The position numbers were made by a program, and so were the translations under genes. Shown piece by piece: positions 28,900 through 37,686 of a stretch of 64,000 bases of DNA (the stretch's first letter is position 1; each line of letters opens with the position of its first letter). This DNA comes from Candidatus Zestomicrobium tamdykulense. Lineage in GTDB: Archaea; Thermoproteota; Thermoprotei_A; Sulfolobales; NBVN01. Location: positions 29,206 to 93,205 of the forward strand of contig JAVVFV010000004.1 of NCBI GenBank assembly GCA_039889305.1, in the 5' to 3' direction. The notes below the pieces were generated by a model. That model saw only the letters and a list, made by a program, of their open reading frames with translations. It was not told the origin of the DNA and ran no database searches.

Positions 28900-29775
28900 G
28901 TGCCCGAGTTACAGAGTAATAACTATGGAGGAGGTCTTGTAGGCATAGTCTATAGTGTTGAAGATCTCGCTGGTAAGGGTATAGCAGATTTTATTTTGGG
29001 GATTATTAAGGGTAAGGAAATTCAGTTGGCTGGTAGTGTAGTGTCTTGGTTTCTTGATGAACTCAACGTTCTGTTAGTGGGTTTTAAGGAGGACGTTATT
29101 TATTTTGATTTCTTGGATGATGTATTACCTAATGTTAGCTTTTACGTTGTTTTGTCGCATCATAAAGCTAGCTCAGGCATTAAGTCGTTGACTGTGCATC
29201 ATACTGGGAACCCAACCTCATCAGCTGATATGGGGGGTAGGCCGAAAGAACTCTCGATAGCAAACCCTATCTTTTCATACCTTACTTTAAGAAAGTTGAG
29301 TGAGTTGGTAGTAAGTAAGCTCAGCGACTTCGAGGTTGTTTATGAGGTAACACACCACGGACCTACTAGTCTCCAGAAACCACTTACATTCGTGGAGATA
29401 GGATCATCAGAAGCTGAATGGTCTTATGTGAAAGCTTATGAGGTAGTTGGTGAGTCTGTTGTGAGCGCGTTGAGAGAGCTCAGGTCCCCAGTTAACTGCA
29501 CTCCTACTGTAGGTTTCGGGGGGCCGCACTATGCTGATGAATTCACTAAGAGAGCCCTGAAGTATAGGGAGTGTTACGGACACATAATATCTAGGTACGC
29601 AATCAAGGAAATACAGGTAGGAGATGAACTCAAGTATATTGTTAGGGAGTCCGTCTTGAGGAGTAAGCCCACACCAATTAAGGCAGTTCTATCGAGGAAG
29701 ATAGGTTCTGGACCTAGATCCGTAGTAGTTGAGGAGTTAAGATCGTTGGGTGTTTCTTACGAAATCATTGACTAG
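28900..29775 (+). CDS. dtdA: Archaeal D-aminoacyl-tRNA deacylase (DTD2)
   Basis: SHH, LTVHHTGNP, EVTHHGPT, FVEIGS and GFGGPHYA; GTG at 28900 after AGGTG is the likely start. Confidence 0.9.
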   Translation: MPELQSNNYGGGLVGIVYSVEDLAGKGIADFILGIIKGKEIQLAGSVVSWFLDELNVLLVGFKEDVIYFDFLDDVLPNVSFYVVLSHHKASSGIKSLTVHHTGNPTSSADMGGRPKELSIANPIFSYLTLRKLSELVVSKLSDFEVVYEVTHHGPTSLQKPLTFVEIGSSEAEWSYVKAYEVVGESVVSALRELRSPVNCTPTVGFGGPHYADEFTKRALKYRECYGHIISRYAIKEIQVGDELKYIVRESVLRSKPTPIKAVLSRKIGSGPRSVVVEELRSLGVSYEIID

Positions 29776-29819
29776 TATTTTTCTTTATCTTGTGGTAGTA
29801 GTTTATTTGGTGGTCTCGA

Positions 29820-30497
29820 TTGAATAGAGTCGTGATTAAACTGACTGGGAAGTTATTCAGTCAGGAAAACATTAAGATTCTCACGGAGATTGCTGAGATA
29901 ATAATAGAGTATAAGAGGAGAGGTCTGAAGTTAGCTGTTGTTGTTGGTGGGGGCGAGACAGCTAGGAAGTACATAAACATGGCTTCAGAAGCTGGTGCTT
30001 CTTTAGGCTGGCAAGATATTTTGGGGATTGGTGCTTCTAGGCTTAATGCAATGTTGTTTTCTGCCTTGCTCGGCGATTACGCGTACTACCCGATACCGAC
30101 GCGGATAGAGGAATTCATACATGCGTGGAACCTAGATAAAATAGCTGTTGGGGGAGGACTACAACCAGGACAATCTAATAATGCGGTGGCTGCGTCACTA
30201 GCTGAGTTGCTTAACGCAGAACTACTCATCAATGCTACTACAGTTGATGGGGTTTACGAGAGAGATCCTAGGACAGATCCTCATGCAAGAATACTTAAGG
30301 AGTTGACTATAGAGGGGTTAAAGAATGTTTTGACACAGTCTTACACACCAGGAAAATACGAGTTGTTGGATCCTATAGCTATCTCAATTATTGAGAGAGC
30401 GAAATTGAATGTTGTTTTTATAAATGCTTTCAAGCCGTACATGCTTAGATCTGTCTTATCTGGTGAGAAGATTTACGGTTCTTGGGTTATTCCATGA
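29820..30497 (+). CDS. pyrH: Uridylate kinase
   Basis: VIKLTGK, VVVGGG, PGQSNNAVA and VDGVYERDP. Confidence 0.93.
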   Translation: MNRVVIKLTGKLFSQENIKILTEIAEIIIEYKRRGLKLAVVVGGGETARKYINMASEAGASLGWQDILGIGASRLNAMLFSALLGDYAYYPIPTRIEEFIHAWNLDKIAVGGGLQPGQSNNAVAASLAELLNAELLINATTVDGVYERDPRTDPHARILKELTIEGLKNVLTQSYTPGKYELLDPIAISIIERAKLNVVFINAFKPYMLRSVLSGEKIYGSWVIP

Positions 30498-31015
30498 ACA
30501 GGAAAGAAAACTTGAGGATTGTTTTCGGGTTTCTAGACAAGAGCTTCATAAGTTACGTTCTGCCTCAGCAATGCCTTAACGTATTTCTCGATAAAATACC
30601 TCAAGAATTGAGGGAGCTCCTCGGAGTACCAGTAACTTTAGAGGAGGTGTTTATTAGTGAGGATTGCATACCTCTCACAGGACTAGTAATTCACGGTTCA
30701 ACACCGACTGGTGAGCAAGAAACTTATATTGAGGTTTATAAGGGTTTCTTACCACCCCTACCATCCTTTACTCCGGCGCAGTGCGTTATTAGTCTTGAAG
30801 GAATTTTAATAGGTTGCAGATACCTACTCCAGAAGAAGTATGTTGGTGCTTCATGTATTGAGCAAGACCTGCACAACCAAATTAATAAGGAAGAGCTTAG
30901 TGAGCTAGCAACAAGATTATTTAAATCATTAAGTAGTGGGGGTTTATGGTTATACGTGGTTGACTGCGGAAAGAAATTAACTCTTGTTAAGGTTCGTGAG
31001 AAAATCATTACTTAG
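30494..31015 (+). CDS. Hypothetical protein
   Basis: ATGA overlap with the pyrH stop; fills the gap to a convergent gene; no motif recognised. Confidence 0.6.
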   Translation: MNRKENLRIVFGFLDKSFISYVLPQQCLNVFLDKIPQELRELLGVPVTLEEVFISEDCIPLTGLVIHGSTPTGEQETYIEVYKGFLPPLPSFTPAQCVISLEGILIGCRYLLQKKYVGASCIEQDLHNQINKEELSELATRLFKSLSSGGLWLYVVDCGKKLTLVKVREKIIT

Positions 31016-31049
31016 TCTTATCATATGAGGAGCGGGATCTAGTTTAAGC

Positions 31050-32081
31050 TTAGGTTAAGATAACGGGTATGGTGCCGAACCTAATTATGTGTACTTCCTT
31101 ATTATTGAAGGATGGTATGACTCTAACACCAATGGGTTTCTTCTTTACTTCGTAAGCTGCTAACACGTCTTTCAAGACGTACTCGATTGTTTCCTTACCT
31201 CCTGGTAAGGCAACCATGTCAACTCCTACTAGACAGTAAGCAGTCAAAAATGTTAGATGAGGTAATCTTAAAGAACCCTCCCTTACTAACTTCATAAGGT
31301 TGTTATCTTCCCCTACCGGCAACATGACCTCGTTGAATCCTATAGATTTAATTTCCTTACTTAATTCTTGAAGCAAGTTATTTAGTTTCTTTATTCCCCA
31401 GGCACTACCAGTACTTGGGAAGGAGGTACCACTTAAGTATTCTATTATCGGGACTACGGACTCATTCATCCAAGGAGAAAGAGAAATATCTATCCCTAAA
31501 TACGGTATCCCTATATTCTTAAATAGAGAATCTAGTGTTTTGTCTAGTTTCTTAAGACTCTCACTTACTTCATCATAAGCTTTACTCAGTGTTTCCTGTG
31601 TTTTAAGAGATCTTAGGAAGTCATTCACGTACCTTAGCGCTACAGAAGCTCCGTACCTCTTAGGAGTTGAGAGAGGATAGTAAGGGGTTTCTACGTAGTC
31701 ACCTATAGTGAAGCCTAGTCTAGTAGATACATCAATACCCAGCTCGTTAACCATATCTACAAGTAGTTCTGAAGCCCTAGGTATTTCCTCAGAACTGGAA
31801 ACTAGTAGAGTTGCGAACGCGTTGCTGCATTTTAAGATCTTCCTTAAAGATTCTCTATTCACTTCATTAACGCTAGAATGATACGCAGAAAACAAATACT
31901 TACTACCGCATAACCACTTAATTACTTCCTGAGAGGCTCCATCAGGTAATGTAGCTCTAACAGTCCAGGGAGTGAAGCCTGCGTCCATTAAAGCTTTCTC
32001 ACTTAATTCCAGATCTCTTCTTAACTCATTCAGATTCCGAACCTCATCATACGTTAAGGTTAGAGCACGTATTATCAACAC
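31050..32081 (-). CDS. DUF711/UPF0210-family protein
   Basis: GIDISLSPW, ESVVPIIE, GFNEVMLPVGED and CLVGVDMV. Confidence 0.8.
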   Translation of the reverse strand: MLIIRALTLTYDEVRNLNELRRDLELSEKALMDAGFTPWTVRATLPDGASQEVIKWLCGSKYLFSAYHSSVNEVNRESLRKILKCSNAFATLLVSSSEEIPRASELLVDMVNELGIDVSTRLGFTIGDYVETPYYPLSTPKRYGASVALRYVNDFLRSLKTQETLSKAYDEVSESLKKLDKTLDSLFKNIGIPYLGIDISLSPWMNESVVPIIEYLSGTSFPSTGSAWGIKKLNNLLQELSKEIKSIGFNEVMLPVGEDNNLMKLVREGSLRLPHLTFLTAYCLVGVDMVALPGGKETIEYVLKDVLAAYEVKKKPIGVRVIPSFNNKEVHIIRFGTIPVILT

Positions 32082-32103
32082 ACATCAACTCATTCTTTTG
32101 TTT

Positions 32104-32214
32104 TGGTGCGGGGGGTGGGATTTGAACCCACGCAGGCCTACGCCAGCGGGTCTCCCGCTCTTGTTGCCGGAGGACTTGAGCCCGCCCCCTTTGACCGAGC
32201 TCGGGCACCCCCGC
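32104..32214 (-). tRNA. tRNA-Leu(CAA) with 23-nt intron at 37/38 (32152-32174), CCA encoded
   Basis: GCGGGGG/CCCCCGC-ACCA acceptor, GCGGG-CTCAAG^A-CCCGC anticodon arm, long variable arm, GGTTCAAATCC T-arm. Confidence 0.95.
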
Positions 32215-32373
32215 ACCAATAAGAATTAAGAAACAAATCAAATAAACTTTACAGTAGAAAATCTCATCACTAGCTACTTTACGAAACCAATACTTTCAGT
32301 GACCTCTCTAAGGAAAAATTTTACTCTTTAACTTATCTAAACCCTTGTTAGAGATTACTTAGTAGTGGATCAC

Positions 32374-32550
32374 ATGAGAACCATTGCTGTTAGGTTACCT
32401 AAAGAACTAATCGAGTGTATAGATATCTATTCTCTTGTAAGTGGTAAGAACAGATCTGAAATCATAAGAGAAGCTCTAAACCATTACATAAATCCAAACA
32501 ACAAAAACAAATATAAGAGACCCAAGCCAAGGAAAATCTGTTCTTATTAA
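32374..32550 (+). CDS. Ribbon-helix-helix (CopG-family) protein
   Basis: TIAVRLPKEL..ID......NRSEIIREAL RHH pattern. Confidence 0.8.
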   Translation: MRTIAVRLPKELIECIDIYSLVSGKNRSEIIREALNHYINPNNKNKYKRPKPRKICSY

Positions 32551-33143
32551 GTGTTAATGTTGCTTCATTTAATTCGTTCTGTTTGTTTTTGCTTCCTGCT
32601 TATGGAAAGCATGAATTTCTTCATTCAGTACCTTTTTCAGTAGAGGTTAAGAGTTATGTAAGACACTAATTATCTTAAGTGAGAGATGCTAAAACTACTT
32701 ATGTGTGGTCAGTCGGGGGTTCTCTCTTCATTAGGTTCTGTAGCACCTAGCTTTCTTCATCCAAAATAGATTAAGTTAAGTATCACTATATTAATTTCTT
32801 AACTATTTTTAAGGTTATCTCTTCTACGAACACACATATTCTAACTCCTTCATTATTTTCCCCACTTATTGCATAACTAAACCTAGTGAAATCAGAATTC
32901 TTTTAGGGAAGCTGTTCCGGAAAGTATTACTACCTGCTTTCTTCTATTTAGTCACGAAGTTTTTCAATTCTAATCTAGTAACTTAAGAAAAGAAATAAGT
33001 AGAAAGCTTCAGTCGCTCTTAAAGTCTTAATACCAGCTTTTGAGTTATCAATGGAGTAACGATTTAACGAAAGTATTAGTAAGGGAGAAAAACATGCTTA
33101 AGGGATCGTATGTTAAGGAAAACTGAAGCTCGTGGATGTTTCT

Positions 33144-34073
33144 TTAATCACCTAAATCTTTAAGGGTTTTTGATCCTTTCTGTGTCAGTCTATATATGGA
33201 CTTACCTCTTGAATAGCCTTTCTCAACATATCCTAGCTTTCTAAGTTTTTCTAGTCTTCTCCAAACAACAGATTTGTTGAGTCTTACCAATTTACTTAAT
33301 TCTGATAAAGTAGCTTCACCACTACCTAGTGCTTTAAGAATTGCTTTATCTCGCTCATCAAAGCCTTGCTCTAGTAGAGGTTCTATCACTGCTTCTTTTC
33401 CAAGTCTCTTTCTTATAATGAAGTACCCTAGTAAAGCCACGGCTGCAGTACCTACTAAGATTAAGATAAGTGTAGTGGGTACTCCCACGTCCTCGAGTGG
33501 AGGACTTGTTTGTGAAGTAGGTGTCTTAGTAGGAGTCTCTAGGAGAGGGAGTAGCAGAAAGCTTAGCTTGTATGTACCTGCTTTATCATAACTGAGAACA
33601 ATATAGAACTTCTTATCTGTTGGATCGCTGAGTGTAGATACTTGTGGCGAGCCGCTAAAATATAGGAGAGCAGAATTAAGTGGTAGTATAACGTCTGCGG
33701 GACCAAGCGGACTTATGAGTACGTCAACCTGGACTTCAGCGGAGACGTTCCCTACAACCGCCTCGTACTCTATAGTCACACTATTTAGATAACTGGTATT
33801 GATGATTATTCTCCCGTCAGGCTCCAATATGTAAGGTAACGGTATCTCACTATCTGAGAAAACAATGATTGTCATATCTATGTATCCTTTCTCGAGTTTA
33901 AGTTCAAGGGTTTCTCTCCCAGTCACGTTACACACTACCTTAATGTCGGCGTGACCGTCGGGGTAAAGAACGTAAGTATATTTTATATCGCTGGAAGCTT
34001 GAGGTGCTAGACTCTCAAGTAATAGTAAAACAACACAAACCAAGGTAATTAAGTAAAGTCTTCTTCCAAGCAA
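33144..34073 (-). CDS. Membrane-spanning protein with extracellular domain and cytoplasmic winged-helix HTH
   Basis: Signal peptide, Pro/Thr linker, TM helix, then DERDKAILKAL..TLSELSKLVRLNKSVVWRRLEKL..GYV; TTG after GGAGGAG. Confidence 0.82.
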   Translation of the reverse strand: MLGRRLYLITLVCVVLLLLESLAPQASSDIKYTYVLYPDGHADIKVVCNVTGRETLELKLEKGYIDMTIIVFSDSEIPLPYILEPDGRIIINTSYLNSVTIEYEAVVGNVSAEVQVDVLISPLGPADVILPLNSALLYFSGSPQVSTLSDPTDKKFYIVLSYDKAGTYKLSFLLLPLLETPTKTPTSQTSPPLEDVGVPTTLILILVGTAAVALLGYFIIRKRLGKEAVIEPLLEQGFDERDKAILKALGSGEATLSELSKLVRLNKSVVWRRLEKLRKLGYVEKGYSRGKSIYRLTQKGSKTLKDLGD

Positions 34074-34160
34074 TTGTGAACTCCTCCTACACTATAAGAA
34101 TTCTTGAGTAAAGCAGTTAAATATTTAAGACTTAGTCAAATGTTCCAACGACCTAACCAC

Positions 34161-34853
34161 TTAAAGTACCTTAGCTAGCTTAAGAAGATGTGACGGGGGG
34201 AGTAGGATTAGGAGACTTTGGAGCTTCGGCGTATTAAACCCTTCATAAATTTTCTCACAATCACACACACTATCGTGGCTGAATAAGAAATTCTCTAGGA
34301 ATTCCTCAAACTTAGTGGGTGATTTTATGTATGTGTAGCTAGCTATTAGGAGAACTAAGTATAAATCCCAAGCCATATGTTGTGTTCCAGCCCCAGATAC
34401 TGCTTGTTCTGCGTCTATAACGTATACTAAGTCGTTACTGCTTATCAAGAAATTAGTTAGTTTGACGTCTCCTAATGCCCACCCTTCTTTATGGATCTCC
34501 CCCAAAACTTTACCTAGTTTGTTTGCGTCGATGTCTGTATCTAGTATCCTGCCGTCTACGTATTCACGTAATATTTTATGGTTTTCTTTATCGACTTCAA
34601 CTATCTTAGGTGTCTTGAAGAACCCCCATTCCTTACTGAAGAAAGCTAATTCTCTCTCTAACCTCTCGGTAGGGTTGTACGTGAATGGGTAAACAAAACC
34701 TAAAAAAGTGCTTAGGGGAAACCACTTAAAAGATGACTTCTCTCCAGTGAAGCTCTTGAGCACGTACTTAGTACCAGATCTCTCAATAATCTCAGACTGT
34801 GAAATCATCTTATCTAGCAAGGCAATCAATCCTAACTTACTCACCCTACTCAA
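34161..34853 (-). CDS. Atypical Ser/Thr protein kinase (Bud32/RIO/Kdo-like fold)
   Basis: VLK, ERE, HKEGWALGDVKLTNFL catalytic loop and IDAEQA. Confidence 0.78.
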   Translation of the reverse strand: MSRVSKLGLIALLDKMISQSEIIERSGTKYVLKSFTGEKSSFKWFPLSTFLGFVYPFTYNPTERLERELAFFSKEWGFFKTPKIVEVDKENHKILREYVDGRILDTDIDANKLGKVLGEIHKEGWALGDVKLTNFLISSNDLVYVIDAEQAVSGAGTQHMAWDLYLVLLIASYTYIKSPTKFEEFLENFLFSHDSVCDCEKIYEGFNTPKLQSLLILLPPSHLLKLAKVL

Positions 34854-34891
34854 CCTGAATAGTAATTTATTACCACGTAATTAAATTTTCC

Positions 34892-35632
34892 TTGAGGGTG
34901 AATATAGTGACCTATTACCAGAGCAGGAAACAATTGGTTTTCTCGATTATATATTCTCAAGTACTTGCTTTCAGTCTAGCCGTAATAAACGTGTTCTATC
35001 CTCAGTACTACCAGTATACTTTCATAGTGTTCTTTATAGTAGCAATACTCTTCATGAGTTGGAGTGTGAGGAAATCGAGAGTAGGTGGTGGCGTATCATC
35101 AAGTGAGATTAAGACTGGTAGGTTACTCTTTAAAGCATCAAGAAACTATGTGTTAGAGCTTCAAGGCAAAGACTCACAACTAGTTTCTGAGTTGAAGCCT
35201 GTGCTTAAGGTCTCGCTACTTAATTTAGTGATACTTCCTGTGTTCTTGGTATGGTACTGGTGGTATTTTGACTTTATAAGAACTCTAGCTATAGAAGCGG
35301 TTGAGTATAGGTTCTTAGCATACTTGATAGGGTATGAGGTACCGTTAGGTCTTGTTCAAGTTATGAACCTTGCCGGGAGGAGAGCTGTTAAGTCATTTGT
35401 TCAGGTTATTGCGGAATATGAAGTCTATGATAAGGGAATTGTAGGAACTGGAATCACGCTGAAGTTTCCTTTAAGAACTGATCAGTACAGGATAGAATAC
35501 GACACGAAGAGAATGTTTGTGGATCTGATACAGATTCCTAGCACTGGCAAAACACTCATTAAGCTCAGACTCTACACAAAGAATCCTGAAAGACTTCATG
35601 AGGTATTAAGGAGATATGCCCTAACTACTTAA
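34892..35632 (+). CDS. DUF2208-like crenarchaeal membrane protein
   Basis: N-terminal TM pair, ELQGKDSQLVSE, YEVYDKGI and LYTKNPERL; family recognised from memory. Confidence 0.7.
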   Translation: MRVNIVTYYQSRKQLVFSIIYSQVLAFSLAVINVFYPQYYQYTFIVFFIVAILFMSWSVRKSRVGGGVSSSEIKTGRLLFKASRNYVLELQGKDSQLVSELKPVLKVSLLNLVILPVFLVWYWWYFDFIRTLAIEAVEYRFLAYLIGYEVPLGLVQVMNLAGRRAVKSFVQVIAEYEVYDKGIVGTGITLKFPLRTDQYRIEYDTKRMFVDLIQIPSTGKTLIKLRLYTKNPERLHEVLRRYALTT

Positions 35633-35911
35633 GAAAGAACTTCCTACTAGCTAATGAGCTTTCAGAATTTAGAGTTAAAGAATGTTTGTTCTGTGTGAAG
35701 TAGACTTAAACTCATGAGGTTTCTAGATATTGATTTCATTATCGTATTTGATGTAGAGTTTTCAGAGGATTTGAGTTTTTGAACTTACAAGTATTTGTTA
35801 CATAATTATTTTTGCATGACTACTTAATAAAATTAATATTCCCTGTTCAAGAAATATATTTGGTAGGGCAAATATTATGAAGTCTGAAAATTTTTCAAGA
35901 GAATTACAGAA

Positions 35912-36232
35912 ATGCTTACTATTAGAAATCTAGGTGTTCTAGTATTCATTATCTTCTTGCTAGCAGGTTTTGTTCTAGTGATTTATTATGCTGCGATAAA
36001 TACTGGGAATGTAGGTCCTGGAATTTTAATTACTCTGAGCTTATATGATGTTGATGTCGACAAAGGAGGATTAGTAGATGTGACTTCTAAGATACTTAAT
36101 GATCCTGATGTTTTTATGTATTTAAAGATTAATGCTAACATACTCAATAAGCTCACAAATCATAACCCCACAAAACACAAAACCTTAAATATTTCCTCTT
36201 CAACAATAAAAAGAAAAACAGTCCATAGCTAG
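35912..36232 (+). CDS. Possible small membrane protein or gene fragment
   Basis: N-terminal hydrophobic helix; low-complexity tail suggests truncation. Confidence 0.3.
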   Translation: MLTIRNLGVLVFIIFLLAGFVLVIYYAAINTGNVGPGILITLSLYDVDVDKGGLVDVTSKILNDPDVFMYLKINANILNKLTNHNPTKHKTLNISSSTIKRKTVHS

Positions 36233-36255
36233 TACTGCTATTTCTTCAGTGTTGG

Positions 36256-36594
36256 TTATAGGGAGTAGCTGAGATCGGGAGGTGTGTTGGTTGAGTTGTC
36301 TAGGGAGGATAGTAGGGCTAATCCCTTACTACTTAGTCTTACCTGTGTTTTCTTTTCTGTATTCTCTATCGTGATTAATCCTACCTGAGCTAACAGCATT
36401 AGGTCGTTCTCTAGGTCTTTAGAGTAAGGTCCGAAAGAGTATTTTACGAAGTCGTAACCGAATTTGATTCCTTTCTCATTCTGTAACTTATAAACAGTCT
36501 TATGGAGCTCCAGTAAACTACTTGAGTTCTCATGTTCTTTAATTACTCTCAACAACCGTAAAAGAGGTAACCTATTTTCTAACATTTTACTCAC
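36256..36594 (-). CDS. YwgA/SocA(Panacea)-like winged-helix protein
   Basis: LHKTVYKLQ..F.YDF..YSFGPYSKDLENDL..L..VGLI pattern. Confidence 0.65.
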   Translation of the reverse strand: MSKMLENRLPLLRLLRVIKEHENSSSLLELHKTVYKLQNEKGIKFGYDFVKYSFGPYSKDLENDLMLLAQVGLITIENTEKKTQVRLSSKGLALLSSLDNSTNTPPDLSYSL

Positions 36595-36710
36595 ATAACA
36601 ACTCTGTATTTCATGACCGCTTAAAAGACCTAAGCCGCTCCTAAGCAGGTTAGGAAGAAAACTTAAGAATATCGTGAGGAGCTGCCCAACGAGGAATTTA
36701 GGATTATTGG

Positions 36711-37319
36711 TTAAGAGAGTAATCCGCTTATTAAAGCAGGTACTATGACAGGTATTATGAGTGTTAGGAGAGCGCCGTGAATAAAAGCTAGGACTCCTGC
36801 CTCAGAACCGCTCACTGACGTTATTACTGGTAGTGTTGTATCCATTGTTGTGGCTCCACCTAAGCTTATTGAGGAGTGCTTCAGTTTCTTGCCTAGAATA
36901 GGATACGTAATGTATGTGTAGATCTCGCGTAGAACGTTAGATAAGTATGCGAGGAATCCAAGATATGGATCCATGCCTGTTAGATATGTTCCGGTGAAGC
37001 TGTACCAACCCATGCCAGCTGAAATAGCTAAGGAATATCTTAGAGCTGGTTCACCCAATATTAGGTATGTTATTAAGCCACCTGATAAGGAGCCTGCTAC
37101 TGTAGCTATAACTAGCTTGAAGCTCCGTAATATTTTCTCTTTACTCATTGCTAAAATCTTATTCATATCCAAACCCATCGAAACCCCTACCAAGAATATG
37201 AGGCTGAAGAGAGTGATCCATAGAAAATCATCAGTAACCTCAACTTTAGTGATTAGCCCGACTAACACTCCCAAAACAAAAACTAAGGTGATTCGTGAAA
37301 CACTTGTGTTCTCGAACAT
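36711..37319 (-). CDS. Lysine exporter LysO (DUF340), large part
   Basis: GMGWYSFTG, SNVLRE and GGATTMDTTLP. Confidence 0.88.
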   Translation of the reverse strand: MFENTSVSRITLVFVLGVLVGLITKVEVTDDFLWITLFSLIFLVGVSMGLDMNKILAMSKEKILRSFKLVIATVAGSLSGGLITYLILGEPALRYSLAISAGMGWYSFTGTYLTGMDPYLGFLAYLSNVLREIYTYITYPILGKKLKHSSISLGGATTMDTTLPVITSVSGSEAGVLAFIHGALLTLIIPVIVPALISGLLS

Positions 37320-37325
37320 AATGAA

Positions 37326-37601
37326 TCAGCTCCTTAACACAATATAAGAAATAGCGAAACTTAGGATTGTGGGTATCGCTGAGAATGCTAGGACTGCAGT
37401 AACTACGTGCTGTCCTTTCATCAATACATCCGGCAATATTTGAGAAGTTCTCAATCCAATCATAAAAACCAAAACATATGTCAGGAAAAGCGTTATTTTC
37501 CCTAAGTTTTTCATTAGTGGCGTGTTTTCTTTCTTATTAATGATCTTGCTAATCAGCAAGCCCGTAAGCACTCCCATAGCTAATATTATTACTATTTCCA
37601 C
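37326..37601 (-). CDS. LysO (DUF340), small N-terminal part
   Basis: Three TM helices, LVFMIG motif; directly upstream of the large part. Confidence 0.75.
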   Translation of the reverse strand: MEIVIILAMGVLTGLLISKIINKKENTPLMKNLGKITLFLTYVLVFMIGLRTSQILPDVLMKGQHVVTAVLAFSAIPTILSFAISYIVLRS

Positions 37602-37686
37602 GAGTTCTCCCCCAACATAAGACTGAGTACTATTTAAAAGGTTACTATGAGGATCATAATTTTTATGAGTTGATGATTCTTAAAGG

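Noticed and set aside
28876-28950. Non-canonical start for dtdA after GGAGGAGGT
   Set aside because: An in-frame GTG at 28900 with an upstream AGGTG explains initiation.
8564-32364. Integrated element at tRNA-Pro or tRNA-Leu
   Set aside because: No duplicated tRNA 3' fragment (att site) or integrase; genes on the 3' sides are housekeeping.
32551-33143. Replication origin (ORB repeats) in the AT-rich gap
   Set aside because: Only a short TTCCGGAA palindrome; no repeated ORB consensus and no adjacent orc1/cdc6 or WhiP gene.
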